Assembly: GCA_965200315.1 (NCBI GenBank)
Contig: OZ241362.1
Location: 2,048,001 to 2,112,000 of the forward strand
DNA length: 64,000 nt
Direction of reading: 5' to 3'
Source: Candidatus Latescibacterota bacterium
Lineage (GTDB): Bacteria; Latescibacterota; UBA2968; UBA8231
Every line of letters starts with the position of its first letter. Position 1 is the first letter of the stretch. The notes below the pieces were generated by a model, which was not told where the DNA came from, made no database searches, and saw only the letters and a list, made by a program, of their open reading frames with translations. Positions 9,282-18,685 of this stretch are shown piece after piece. Made by a program: the position numbers and the translations under genes.

Positions 9282-12200
9282 TTAATAGACCACGGCGATG
9301 AGGCGGGTGCGGGTCGTCCCTCCGACCCCTTCTGCATCGGCCTCCACTGCGATCTGACACAAGTACAACCCCGGCGGCACCACCTGCCCGGCCGCGTCCT
9401 TGCCGTCCCACCTAAACTGCTGAGGCCCACCAGTCGCCAACCCCGTTAGCTTCCGCACCCGCTGTCCGGCCAGCGTGTACAGATGAATGGTCAACGGCCG
9501 TGCGGCCTGTACGCGGAACAGGGAAAAGCCGATCTCCGCAGTCTCGTTGATCCCGTCGCCATTGGGGGTAAACGGATTGGGTGCAATGGCAATATCGTCG
9601 ATGGTGGCCCGCGCCCCTTGCGCACCAATCGACAGGCTCTTGGAAGGGCTCAGGGCGGTCGCGTCGCCCCCGTCGGCCACCTGCCAAGGCGTCGCGGGCT
9701 GGCTCTGCCGCACAGCGACCTGCATTCGCGTCCCTTGCAGGTACACCCGCCCGGCAAAGCGCACGCGCAACAGCCGGCCGCGCCCCACTATCCACCCCCG
9801 CTGACTGCCCAATCGACCGTAGCTCCGCTCGTCGAGGCTGTCGCCAGCCGCATCAAAAGGCACCTGATCGCCCAGCCCGACGACTTTGCGGAAGTAGCGC
9901 ACCGGCCCTTGCTCGTCCGCGCTGAGCGCTTCGTAGGCCGCAGCATCTACTTCGGCCAAGCTGCCGTTTGCCAGCCGCTGAAAGTAGCGCACGGCACCCC
10001 GCTCGGCATCCGGCAAGAGGCTGTGCGAGGTAAAGGTCAACAGATTGCGATCCAAGCCAGTGGGCACCTCGTCGCCGGGCAGGACCGACCGGTAGTACAC
10101 GGGCGCGAGCACATCGTCCGGTGCGCCCTGCACAATCTGCGAGAATTCCAACCACAGCGAGTCGCCCTCGGCGTGTACTGTTAATTTATCGCCCCACTGG
10201 AGAGGCGTTCCGGCCAACAGTTCGGCCTCGGTGCCTATAACCGCATCGACGAACTTCAGCGCGAACAACGGCTCTGCGTACAAGATCAATTGGTCGAAGC
10301 CCGGGCTGCGCACGTTGGCCGGCTGCTGCAAAAAGTTGGGCTGCACGTAGAGCGCAAAGGTGTCGAGCACCCCGGCCTCGGCCGTGGTCGGCCACACCTC
10401 GGCCCGCAGGTGCTGGGCCACTGGCTGGTGGAACGCGACCGCGATGCGGTGCAGGGCGGCCGCGTTTTCGCCGCTGCTTTTGAGGCGCGCTTGGATCTGC
10501 ATGAAGCGCCGCAGGCCCGGCGAAGTAGCCAAGTCTTTAGGCTGCAAGTAGCGCTGGCTCCACGGACTCCAGCCCGGCCCCACCACCACGGTCGTGTCCG
10601 AAGGCCCCTTCAGAAAGCCGGCCAGCGTCCTGTACTCGTCCGCGGTCTTCTGGTTGCCAGTCTTGTCAAAATAGCGGATCTGCTGCAAAAGCTGGTCGCC
10701 GGTGCGAGTGCGGATCTCCGCATCCGTGCCCGGGGGCGTACTCGCCTCCCAATGCACCTCACCCAAAGCCACTAATCCCGGCAGCTCGATCAGACCCGAC
10801 TCCAGCACCACCTCGGCCGGTGCCCCCTCGGCGAGCAGCATGAGCTCGTGATGATACGACCAGAACTGGTTCATGTGGCCAGTGCCGCCCGGGCCGGTGG
10901 CCCTAAATCCCGGGGGCACGTGGCCGAGGGTGACCAAGTCGAGGAAGCGGGTCAAAACTGGCGGGTTTTGAATGTCGGCAATGTCGCGAAAGTTGCCGGT
11001 GAACACATTGCGCTCTCGTTCCTCCGGGTTGATGCGCTGCCACTTGAGATTGCCCTCGGCGTCGCGCTCGCCCGTGGAGGCGCGCATGATGTAGCCCCGA
11101 CTACTGCCCACTAAGCGGGTCTGAGCCAAGCGCACAATGCCTCCCATATCTATGGTCAGCACGTTGGCGGTGGGGTTTTTCGGGTTGCGGATCTGGTGTG
11201 AGAATCCAGTCCCGGCGTCGCCATCGAACGCAAGCAGCGTATTGGTCCCATCGGTCGTCAGCACGTACGAGCCGCCGTTTTCAATCAGGTTGATGGCCAA
11301 GTTCTCTCCCCAGCCGTGCGCTTCGACCTCGGCTAGGCGCGGCAACTCGCGGCGGTAGTAATCCCGTCGCCCTTGGCGCTGCTCTTCCAGAGCCTGATAG
11401 GTGGCCTCGTCCACCGGCTCCTCGCGACCAGCTACATCGCGCGCAAAATAGACGATATCCCCGCGCTCTGCTTCCGGCAGGGCCTCCCACGCCTCTTGAT
11501 CAATCTGTCCGGCCCGGCCGCCGCGCGTATCCGTGATGACGATGCGAATAGTCTCGATCTTTCGCCCGGCCCACTCGGGCGAGCGGTGCAAGCTCTCCGC
11601 CAGCTTCTTATCGCTGACTACGCCAGTGGCCGGAGGGAGTTCGGGGCTGGTGTGCTCGCTCTCGAAGATGTATTCGCGCTGCGTGGTATTGGGCGCGTCT
11701 TGCGGGATGAAGAGCTGGAAGCCAATGCGGCTGTTCGGCTCGTGCAACAGCGCGCTCTGCCGGTCCGACAGCAGCATGATGAAGCGCAGGAAGGGGTCCC
11801 CGAGCGACTCGTCGACGAACTGGAGCTTGAGCCGCTCCACCGGCACTACCCGCCCCAAGTCCACTTCGATCCACCATTGCTCAATGGGATCGCGTGGATC
11901 CGGCTCCCAGAACGTGGTGGGGTCGCCATCGAGGATGTTGGCCGCAAGCTGTGGATTGGACCCCACCCGGCTGATGCCAGGCCGCACCCAATAGTCGAAG
12001 ACCAGCTCGTTGAGCGTATTCCGTATCGGCTCGCCAAACACGTCGAACTGCATGGTGCTGTCGATGGTGCCGATGCGCGGGTCGGGCTTGCTGATGACTA
12101 CTGGACGCTTGAATCCGGGATCGTCTAGGACGTTGAAGACCGTCCGCAGCGCGTGCGCCCGCACCGCCCCGTCCTCGTGGATGCGTGCCAGATGGGTGGG

Positions 12201-12338
12201 AATAGACCACTGCTGCCAGTGGCTGGCCCGCTCGACTACGACTTCGTCACCGGCGATCTGATAGCCCGACTGGGCCTCGGCCCATGCCCAACTCAGCGCT
12301 AGGCCGACGAGGACCGGCACGGCGCAGTGGCTCTTCAT
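9282..12338 (-). CDS. Secreted protein with discoidin-like motifs and C-terminal TPNGDG/FlgD-Ig domain (paralogue 3)
   Basis: Signal peptide, LDGDPTTFW..WIEVDLG (F5/8-like), RTRTG..WSPWS..SPGLRRFMQ, PNPFTPNGDGINE, ends AVVY. Confidence 0.85.
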   Translation of the reverse strand: MKSHCAVPVLVGLALSWAWAEAQSGYQIAGDEVVVERASHWQQWSIPTHLARIHEDGAVRAHALRTVFNVLDDPGFKRPVVISKPDPRIGTIDSTMQFDVFGEPIRNTLNELVFDYWVRPGISRVGSNPQLAANILDGDPTTFWEPDPRDPIEQWWIEVDLGRVVPVERLKLQFVDESLGDPFLRFIMLLSDRQSALLHEPNSRIGFQLFIPQDAPNTTQREYIFESEHTSPELPPATGVVSDKKLAESLHRSPEWAGRKIETIRIVITDTRGGRAGQIDQEAWEALPEAERGDIVYFARDVAGREEPVDEATYQALEEQRQGRRDYYRRELPRLAEVEAHGWGENLAINLIENGGSYVLTTDGTNTLLAFDGDAGTGFSHQIRNPKNPTANVLTIDMGGIVRLAQTRLVGSSRGYIMRASTGERDAEGNLKWQRINPEERERNVFTGNFRDIADIQNPPVLTRFLDLVTLGHVPPGFRATGPGGTGHMNQFWSYHHELMLLAEGAPAEVVLESGLIELPGLVALGEVHWEASTPPGTDAEIRTRTGDQLLQQIRYFDKTGNQKTADEYRTLAGFLKGPSDTTVVVGPGWSPWSQRYLQPKDLATSPGLRRFMQIQARLKSSGENAAALHRIAVAFHQPVAQHLRAEVWPTTAEAGVLDTFALYVQPNFLQQPANVRSPGFDQLILYAEPLFALKFVDAVIGTEAELLAGTPLQWGDKLTVHAEGDSLWLEFSQIVQGAPDDVLAPVYYRSVLPGDEVPTGLDRNLLTFTSHSLLPDAERGAVRYFQRLANGSLAEVDAAAYEALSADEQGPVRYFRKVVGLGDQVPFDAAGDSLDERSYGRLGSQRGWIVGRGRLLRVRFAGRVYLQGTRMQVAVRQSQPATPWQVADGGDATALSPSKSLSIGAQGARATIDDIAIAPNPFTPNGDGINETAEIGFSLFRVQAARPLTIHLYTLAGQRVRKLTGLATGGPQQFRWDGKDAAGQVVPPGLYLCQIAVEADAEGVGGTTRTRLIAVVY

Positions 12339-12453
12339 TATCCTGCTTTCTCCCTCGCTCGCCGGCGGCTCGCCCGTGCCGCGACGCTTGCTAAAAAACT
12401 ATTAGGTAGGACCAAAGTATATATCTGTCAAGATAGCCGCGGCCGTCGCGCCA

Positions 12454-14088
12454 CTACCAATCCACCAAGACGGCGACTTGGTCCTGGTACTTATCCTGCA
12501 ACTGGCGAATAAACGCGCCGATCCGCTCGTTTTCCCGCTGTTGGCGCAAGCTGGCGGCCACCCGGCGGCGCACCTCGGCAAAGGGCTGAAGTTGGCCGCC
12601 CTCCCGCCTGAGCACCCGCAACACCGCGTACCCGTCCATGCTTGCTAGCGGGCCGACGAGTGCGCCGACCTCAGCGGCAAAGGCCGCCTTTACCAGCGCG
12701 GGATAGCGCGGCTCGTACAGGCGCAAAAGGCGCGTCTCCCAGCCGTGCTCGCGCACCCCGTGCCCCTCGACGCCGACGTGCGAGCGCACGCCGGGCCGGT
12801 CGAGCAGGTCGGCAATGGGCACACCGGCCTCCCACTCGGCGCGCAAAGCCGCAGCGTCCTCTTCCTCGGCGGTCCACAGCTCGTGGACCACCACGGCCTC
12901 CTGAGTGCGGTAGCGGTCTTTGTCAGCCTCGTAATGCGCTCTAATCTCGTCCTCGCTGGGCGCGGCCCCGGCTGTGGCCTGTTGGAAGAGCTGATTGAGG
13001 ATCAGGGCCCGGCGCTGGTGCTCGCGCCACTCGACAAAGGCGGCCGCCGCAGTCCAGCCGCGCTGGCGCGCCTCAGCCTCAAAAAGCCGCACCGGCAGCA
13101 GCAGGCGCCCGATCCGCTCGGCGGCTTGGGACTCGTCTTGCAGAGCGCCCTGCGCCCCCACCGCTTGCAGGCTGCCCAACCCCTCGGCCACGCTGATGGT
13201 GCCGCCTTCGTACGCATAGAAGGGGTGATTCAATTCGTCCGTCGTCAGGGGCCGGTCCAAACTCTGGAGTAAGATGGCCTCGCCCACTGAATCTAGGCGC
13301 ACCTCGTAGCGGAGCCGGAGGCGCTCAAATTCCTCTTCCTCCTTCTCTCGAGTCCGCTCCTTGCGCAGCCGCTCGGCCACTTCCTCGCTGTAATCGACGA
13401 GCGCGGCCGGGCGATCCTCGACAAAGCGGAAGACCTGATAGCCGCCGGCCAGCGCGACTGGCTCAGCCACCTGCCCAGCGGGCAAACCCGCAAAGACGGT
13501 GGGCGGGATGGAGAAACGCCGTGCGGCTTGCGTGCGCCCGATCCAGCCGACCACGCCGTCGCCTTGCGCGGCGAAGAGGTCGTTGGCGGCAAAGCGCGCA
13601 GCTACTTGCTCAAAGGGTTGGCCCGCACGCAGGTCGCTCCCGACCGCCGCTAGCTCCTCGCGGGTGCGCACCAAGATGCGACTGAAGAGCCGCTCGCGGT
13701 CAAACCCCATCTCGGCGAAGGCGCGCTCGACATCTTCGGCTGTGATCTTCACCTGCGGCACAATGACTTGGGCTCGGTAGCGCTCCACGAGGCGCTGGCG
13801 CACCATTTCGCGGAGCTGGTGTGCAACCGCCAAGCTGGTGTCGATCCCGCGGGCGCGCGCCTCGACAAACATTAGCTCCTCGTCGATCATCGACTGCAAG
13901 TGCTCTCGGTCGGCTGCGCGTCCTTCCTTGGGGCTGCGCAACCCCGGTGGCAGGCGCTCGACAAAAGCTGCAAACTCCGCCTGCTCAATCTCCACCTCGC
14001 CGACCCGTGCGACGATGGTCTCGTCCTCGCTGCATCCCACCAACAACAGGACCAGCGCACTCCAAAACCTATTCGATAAATAGCGCAT
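12454..14088 (-). CDS. PpiC-type peptidyl-prolyl isomerase / SurA-PrsA-like foldase lipoprotein
   Basis: Lipobox LVGC, VARVGEVEI SurA-N-like start, two rotamase-like segments (FEQVA..GVVGWI; AFAAEVG..GPL..GY). Confidence 0.75.
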   Translation of the reverse strand: MRYLSNRFWSALVLLLVGCSEDETIVARVGEVEIEQAEFAAFVERLPPGLRSPKEGRAADREHLQSMIDEELMFVEARARGIDTSLAVAHQLREMVRQRLVERYRAQVIVPQVKITAEDVERAFAEMGFDRERLFSRILVRTREELAAVGSDLRAGQPFEQVAARFAANDLFAAQGDGVVGWIGRTQAARRFSIPPTVFAGLPAGQVAEPVALAGGYQVFRFVEDRPAALVDYSEEVAERLRKERTREKEEEEFERLRLRYEVRLDSVGEAILLQSLDRPLTTDELNHPFYAYEGGTISVAEGLGSLQAVGAQGALQDESQAAERIGRLLLPVRLFEAEARQRGWTAAAAFVEWREHQRRALILNQLFQQATAGAAPSEDEIRAHYEADKDRYRTQEAVVVHELWTAEEEDAAALRAEWEAGVPIADLLDRPGVRSHVGVEGHGVREHGWETRLLRLYEPRYPALVKAAFAAEVGALVGPLASMDGYAVLRVLRREGGQLQPFAEVRRRVAASLRQQRENERIGAFIRQLQDKYQDQVAVLVDW

Positions 14089-14653
14089 CGATTTCCATCT
14101 CTAGATCTGCATCCGTGCGTTCAACCTCGCCGGCCGCCGCCTCTATGGCTTTGGCGCGATTGCCCGTCGTGCCGCGCGGGCGCACAACCAGCCGATCATC
14201 GATTAGTGCGACCCGTTCGGTCCCGGCGTAGTCGGGCGGGATTGCAAAGAGAAAGGCCGCCAGCGGCAGGGTGGCGGCCATCTCGGCCTCGATAAAGCCG
14301 CCCCGTTCCTCGGGGCCGCGCACGCCCCGCCACCGCACGGCCGAGGCTTCGCCGTGCCCGGGCATGCCGTTTTTGGCCTCGGCCTCCGAGACCGAAGCCC
14401 AGCGGTCTAAGCAGAGGAAATGCCCCATGGACTGCGGCCCTTCCCCGGCTCTTTCGCGGCCCCATGAAAGCGGGTTGACCCCCTGATCCCGCAAGTGGAA
14501 ATTCACAATTGAGCCGCCCAGCAAATCGACCACTACTTGAGCCGCCGCGCCGTCGAGCACCAAGGCCGGCCGACCTTTGACCGCGGCCTCGGCTAGGGCT
14601 ACATTCGCGCCGTGTAGTGCTGCCATAAGCAAAAATATCCTTATCATCGCCAT
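14069..14653 (-). CDS. Hypothetical protein; aldose-epimerase-like N-terminus, probably a truncated chimera
   Basis: Signal peptide, GHFLCLDRW..GMPGHGEA; much shorter than expected for this fold. Confidence 0.5.
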   Translation of the reverse strand: MAMIRIFLLMAALHGANVALAEAAVKGRPALVLDGAAAQVVVDLLGGSIVNFHLRDQGVNPLSWGRERAGEGPQSMGHFLCLDRWASVSEAEAKNGMPGHGEASAVRWRGVRGPEERGGFIEAEMAATLPLAAFLFAIPPDYAGTERVALIDDRLVVRPRGTTGNRAKAIEAAAGEVERTDADLEMEIDALFIE

Positions 14654-14706
14654 ATAGGTCGTTCCTTAATGATTAACAGATATTGCGTACCCTTCGTGAG
14701 ACAAGT

Positions 14707-16443
14707 ATGAGAAAATTTCTCCAAAAGACAAAACTCGCCGCTTGGGGCTTGCTCGGCGGCTTGGCGCTCGCCGCCTGTGGCTCTGACGAGGCGGGCATAA
14801 AGAACGTCCCGCGCAACCGCACCCTCATCCTCGGCCTGCCGCAGATGCGGGACTACGACTCGTTTAACCCCTTTATCGTCGGCACCCAATCCCCGGGCTT
14901 TGACTACCTGTTTGAGCCTCTTTACTTCTACAACGCGTACGTAGCCAAAGACCACGTCATACCTTGGATCGCCGCAAGCCACGAGTACAACGCAGACTAC
15001 ACGGAAGTAACGATCCACATCCGCGAGGGAGTGCGGTGGAGCGATGGGCGGCCTTGGAGTGCCCACGATCTCAAGTTCACAGTTGACATGCTCAAGGCCC
15101 ACGCCCCGGAGCTGGCCTTTTCCACCGACATGGACACTTGGGTCGCCACAGTCGAAGTCCCGGATTCGCTGACGGCGCGGTTTGTGCTCAAAGCGCCCAA
15201 CCCCCGCTTTGTATTCTCCTATTTTACCTACAACTTCGGCAACGGCATCCACATCGTGCCCAAGCACATCTGGGCGGGCGAGGACCCGACCTCGTTCAAA
15301 AACCTCGACTTGGCCCGCGGCCTGCCGGTCGTTAGCGGCCCCTATCGCTTGGCGCGCTCCGATCCCCAGCAGCGGCTCTGGGATCTGCGCGAGGACTGGT
15401 GGGCCGCCCAAATCGGCTTTCAGCGCTTGCCGAGGGTCGAGCGCATCATCTACCTGCCTCAAGGCGACGAGAACAAGTGGGTTCAGCTCATCCTCGCCAA
15501 CCAGATGGACCAGTGCATCGACTTGCGGCCCTCCAACATCAAAACCCTCCTCGAGCAAAACCCCAACGTCACCACGTGGTCGGGCCGCCAACTGCCCTAC
15601 GGCTACCGAGACTGGTGGCCGCCGGCCCTCGGCTTTAACAACCTAGAGCCGCCTTTCGACGACCCGGACATCCGCTGGGCCGTAAACCACGCCATCAACC
15701 GCGAACAACTCGTGGCCATCGGCTGGCAAGGGGCCGGCGAGTACACCCTGTTGCCATTCCCCCACTTCCCACCGCTGATGCGCTATATCGACGAAGTTCA
15801 GGATCTGCTAGCAAAGTACCCAGTGGGGAAACACGACCTAGCCCAGACCGCAGCCATCATGGAGCGCAAGGGCTGGAGCAGGGATGCGGAAGGGATGTGG
15901 CAGCAAAACGGCAAGCGTCTGAAAATCCCGGTCGTCGTCTTCCCCTCCCTTTTCCAAGACTTCACGCCCGTGCTCGTCGAGCAACTGCGCCGCGCGGGTT
16001 TCGACGCCTCCTTCCGCATGTTCTCCGACGCCTATACTCGCATGACTCAGGGCACGGCCCGCGCCTTTGTGATGGGTAACGGCGGCTCGGTGCGCGACCC
16101 GTACTTCACCCTCCGGCTCTACCACAGCCGCTACGTCCAACCCACCGGCACGGCCACTCCGTATTTCTGGCGCTGGCGCAACGCGGATTTCGACCGCCTC
16201 GTCGATCAGATGGGCCAGACCGCACCCGACGACCCAGCACTCGTGCCGCTGTTTCGCCAAGCCCTCGAAATCTGGCTGGCCGAATTGCCGGCGATTCCTT
16301 TGCTCCAGTGGTTCCACCGCATTCCCCACAACCAAACCTATTGGACAAACTGGCCCTCGGCCGAAAACCCCTACATGAACAGTGCCTATTGGGTGCGCTC
16401 GTTCTTGATAGTGCTGTTGGGATTGGAAGCGACGCAGCGTTGA
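14707..16443 (+). CDS. ABC transporter substrate-binding lipoprotein (peptide/nickel family 5)
   Basis: Lipobox LAAC, IREGVRWSDGRPWSAHD, PFDDPDIRWAVNHAINR. Confidence 0.9.
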   Translation: MRKFLQKTKLAAWGLLGGLALAACGSDEAGIKNVPRNRTLILGLPQMRDYDSFNPFIVGTQSPGFDYLFEPLYFYNAYVAKDHVIPWIAASHEYNADYTEVTIHIREGVRWSDGRPWSAHDLKFTVDMLKAHAPELAFSTDMDTWVATVEVPDSLTARFVLKAPNPRFVFSYFTYNFGNGIHIVPKHIWAGEDPTSFKNLDLARGLPVVSGPYRLARSDPQQRLWDLREDWWAAQIGFQRLPRVERIIYLPQGDENKWVQLILANQMDQCIDLRPSNIKTLLEQNPNVTTWSGRQLPYGYRDWWPPALGFNNLEPPFDDPDIRWAVNHAINREQLVAIGWQGAGEYTLLPFPHFPPLMRYIDEVQDLLAKYPVGKHDLAQTAAIMERKGWSRDAEGMWQQNGKRLKIPVVVFPSLFQDFTPVLVEQLRRAGFDASFRMFSDAYTRMTQGTARAFVMGNGGSVRDPYFTLRLYHSRYVQPTGTATPYFWRWRNADFDRLVDQMGQTAPDDPALVPLFRQALEIWLAELPAIPLLQWFHRIPHNQTYWTNWPSAENPYMNSAYWVRSFLIVLLGLEATQR

Positions 16444-16444
16444 G
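16403..16444 (+). repeat. Direct repeat, left copy (3' end of SBP gene); right copy at 20866-20907
   Basis: 42 bp, 6 mismatches; encodes VLLGLEATQR* versus VLLGLEPTQP*. Confidence 0.8.
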
Positions 16445-16477
16445 ATGGAGGCTTCTAGGAAGAATTCGGCTGCTCCG

Positions 16478-17160
16478 CTATTGCAATACCAGCGAATCAA
16501 GCAGTGATTTCCTAGCCTCCCAATCGGGCATACAGCGGTTGAGCAGTCGGAAGAACTCAGGACTGTGGGCGTGGACGCGCCGATGGCAGAGCTCGTGCAT
16601 GATGACGTACTCGATGCAGTGCAAGGGCGTCTTAATGAGTTCAGTACTGAGGGTGATGGTTCCTCTTCTAGAACAGCTACCCCAACGCCTAGTCATCTGT
16701 CGGATTCTCAAGGTAGGTGCTGTCCCCGCAAGGACGGTGCAATCTCTAGGCAGCGAGCCATTCGCTCCCGGAAGATGGACTCAGCGTGCGCGCGATACCA
16801 AGTGTCAAGTGCTGTGCGAACACACCGAGGCTCTTCCGGCTCTGGGACAGAGACATTCAAGAAACGACCGACTAGCTTGACCTCAACGTCGCAGGCGCGG
16901 CGAACTTTCAGCCGATACTGACGCCCGAGATAGAGATGGGTCTCTCAAGAGACGAATCGTTTGGTTTCCGGCAGTGGATGAAAAGCCTCGAAATGACGAC
17001 GCTGCTTGGCAATCCACGCCCGTCGGCTCTTAAGATGCTCTAGCACCTCCTCTAGGGAGTAACCCACAGGTGCCGACGCCGTCACCGAGCAGTCGGGGTG
17101 AACTGAGATTGACAGGTGTCGGCACTTTTTGAATTTGAGCTCGACCGGGATTTGTTTACC
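16478..17160 (-). pseudogene. SprT/YgjP-like (DUF45) metallopeptidase pseudogene
   Basis: [38 protein letters not shown] fragments broken by stops/frameshifts. Confidence 0.8.
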
Positions 17161-17207
17161 TGCTTTGCGAAATCAACGGTTCCGCGCTGGCCGTCATCGA
17201 ACTCTAT

Positions 17208-18236
17208 CTACTCTTTGGGGGAGCTAGTAGACAGCGTTCTCATAATCGAATCTATGGTCATCTTCGGTCTGGATACATTGTCGTCTTCGCGGTGAAGCAA
17301 ACCAGAGCTACCGAACTGAATTACAGACTCTACGAGTTGACCCAATATCAAATCTCTTTGTTCTGGTGTAACGGCTGACTCGACAAAGGATCCGATGCTA
17401 TTCGCAACACGTTGTCGGTGCCGATTCTTCTCACTCATATGCAGATGTGCACGGAGTATTTTTAAGCAAAAGGCCGCTGCAGTCCCAACAGCCGTGAGTA
17501 TGGAGACCCTAATTGCACTATGGTATATTACATGCCACCGCCATTGATCAGGAAGATCAACATTTGCGAAGTATATAGCACTACCAATAAAACCAGCGAC
17601 ACAGACTGCACTCAACCCTGACCACAGTTTTACCTTTCGATCAAGCGTAGTCTGGGCCTCACGAAACTGTTTCTGGGCCTCTTCTACGGAGGTTCCGGCA
17701 GCAGTTCGTCTTGCGCTATTCTCGATCTGCTCCGCGCGGGCATTTGCCTCATCAATGGTTTTTTGCGCCTTGTTCTGAACCTGTTGTAAGGCGCTCTCCG
17801 AATCTTTCTTTATGGAATTTATTGTACGTTCGTATTCGCGACGAACACCTTCATCTTCAAGGAAACCGCGTGATTCGACTGCAGCAGTTACGAGCGGTGG
17901 CCAATACTGCTTTAGGTCCTCAAGGTAAGTGTCAATGTTTGCCAAGAATTGGGATTTATGTGCTACATAATCCGCATTTGACCAGTTCGCCTGCTCTTCC
18001 ATTGCCGATTTAATGTTCTCAAGCAGCCCCAAGATACGTTGTACCTGCTTGTCATGTACATCGGAAGCGTATTGTAGTACAAATTCAAATCTGCGCTGAA
18101 TTTCCTCTAATCGGGGAACAAAGACCTCTTGAAGAGCCTCCTCGCCGAGCGAAGGGCGAAGTAGTCTGTCTTTATCAATGTTCTCGATCTGATTCGCCAG
18201 ATTTTTCAACTGATTGATTAGATCTTCGCTAGCCAT
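17208..18236 (-). CDS. Coiled-coil membrane protein (two TM helices), lower GC
   Basis: 342-aa ORF, long coiled coil followed by hydrophobic helices WSGLSAVCVAGFIGSAIYF and VSILTAVGTAAAFCL. Confidence 0.75.
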   Translation of the reverse strand: MASEDLINQLKNLANQIENIDKDRLLRPSLGEEALQEVFVPRLEEIQRRFEFVLQYASDVHDKQVQRILGLLENIKSAMEEQANWSNADYVAHKSQFLANIDTYLEDLKQYWPPLVTAAVESRGFLEDEGVRREYERTINSIKKDSESALQQVQNKAQKTIDEANARAEQIENSARRTAAGTSVEEAQKQFREAQTTLDRKVKLWSGLSAVCVAGFIGSAIYFANVDLPDQWRWHVIYHSAIRVSILTAVGTAAAFCLKILRAHLHMSEKNRHRQRVANSIGSFVESAVTPEQRDLILGQLVESVIQFGSSGLLHREDDNVSRPKMTIDSIMRTLSTSSPKE

Positions 18237-18529
18237 ATTTCACCTTCTTGTAAAATTTAGTTGCATGGCAAACACTATGAAGTGAAGTTCATCTTTGCTG
18301 CTATCGCAGCGGTTTGTGGTCTTGGCGCACTCGTCGTTTTTCTTTATGAAGACATGATTCAGCTAGTTTCCGCACGAAGTTCATTCGGCAGTAGTTTCTG
18401 CATCAAGCCGTGCTTTAGACAACGCAATGAAGCGAGCTTCTGTTCTAATTTGGGTATCCAAAGATGGAGGCTTCGCCGTTCTGGGATTTACTTCCGCTAG
18501 GTCACTTATGCTTCGCTCACACCATTGTG

Positions 18530-18625
18530 TATTACAATCCAGTAACCGGCGCTTGCCCGTGAGCAATAACTTAGCGAGTCCCTTCTTGAGTTTTCGCTTT
18601 GCTTCTATGAGGGCTAGAACACTTC
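18530..18625 (-). pseudogene. hsdS: Type I R-M specificity subunit remnant
   Basis: LIEAKRKLKKGLAKLLLTGKRRL resembles the conserved HsdS helix-end motif (KKGLMQxLLTGKxR). Confidence 0.55.
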
Positions 18626-18636
18626 CCTCACAAATC

Positions 18637-18673
18637 CAACTCCTTTAGATACCCCTCCAGCTCAGCCTCAGCT
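18637..18673. repeat. 37-bp exact direct repeat of hsdM 3' end flanking fic (second copy 20206-20242)
   Basis: caactcctttagatacccctccagctcagcctcagct at both positions. Confidence 0.9.
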
Positions 18674-18685
18674 ATTGTCATCAAC

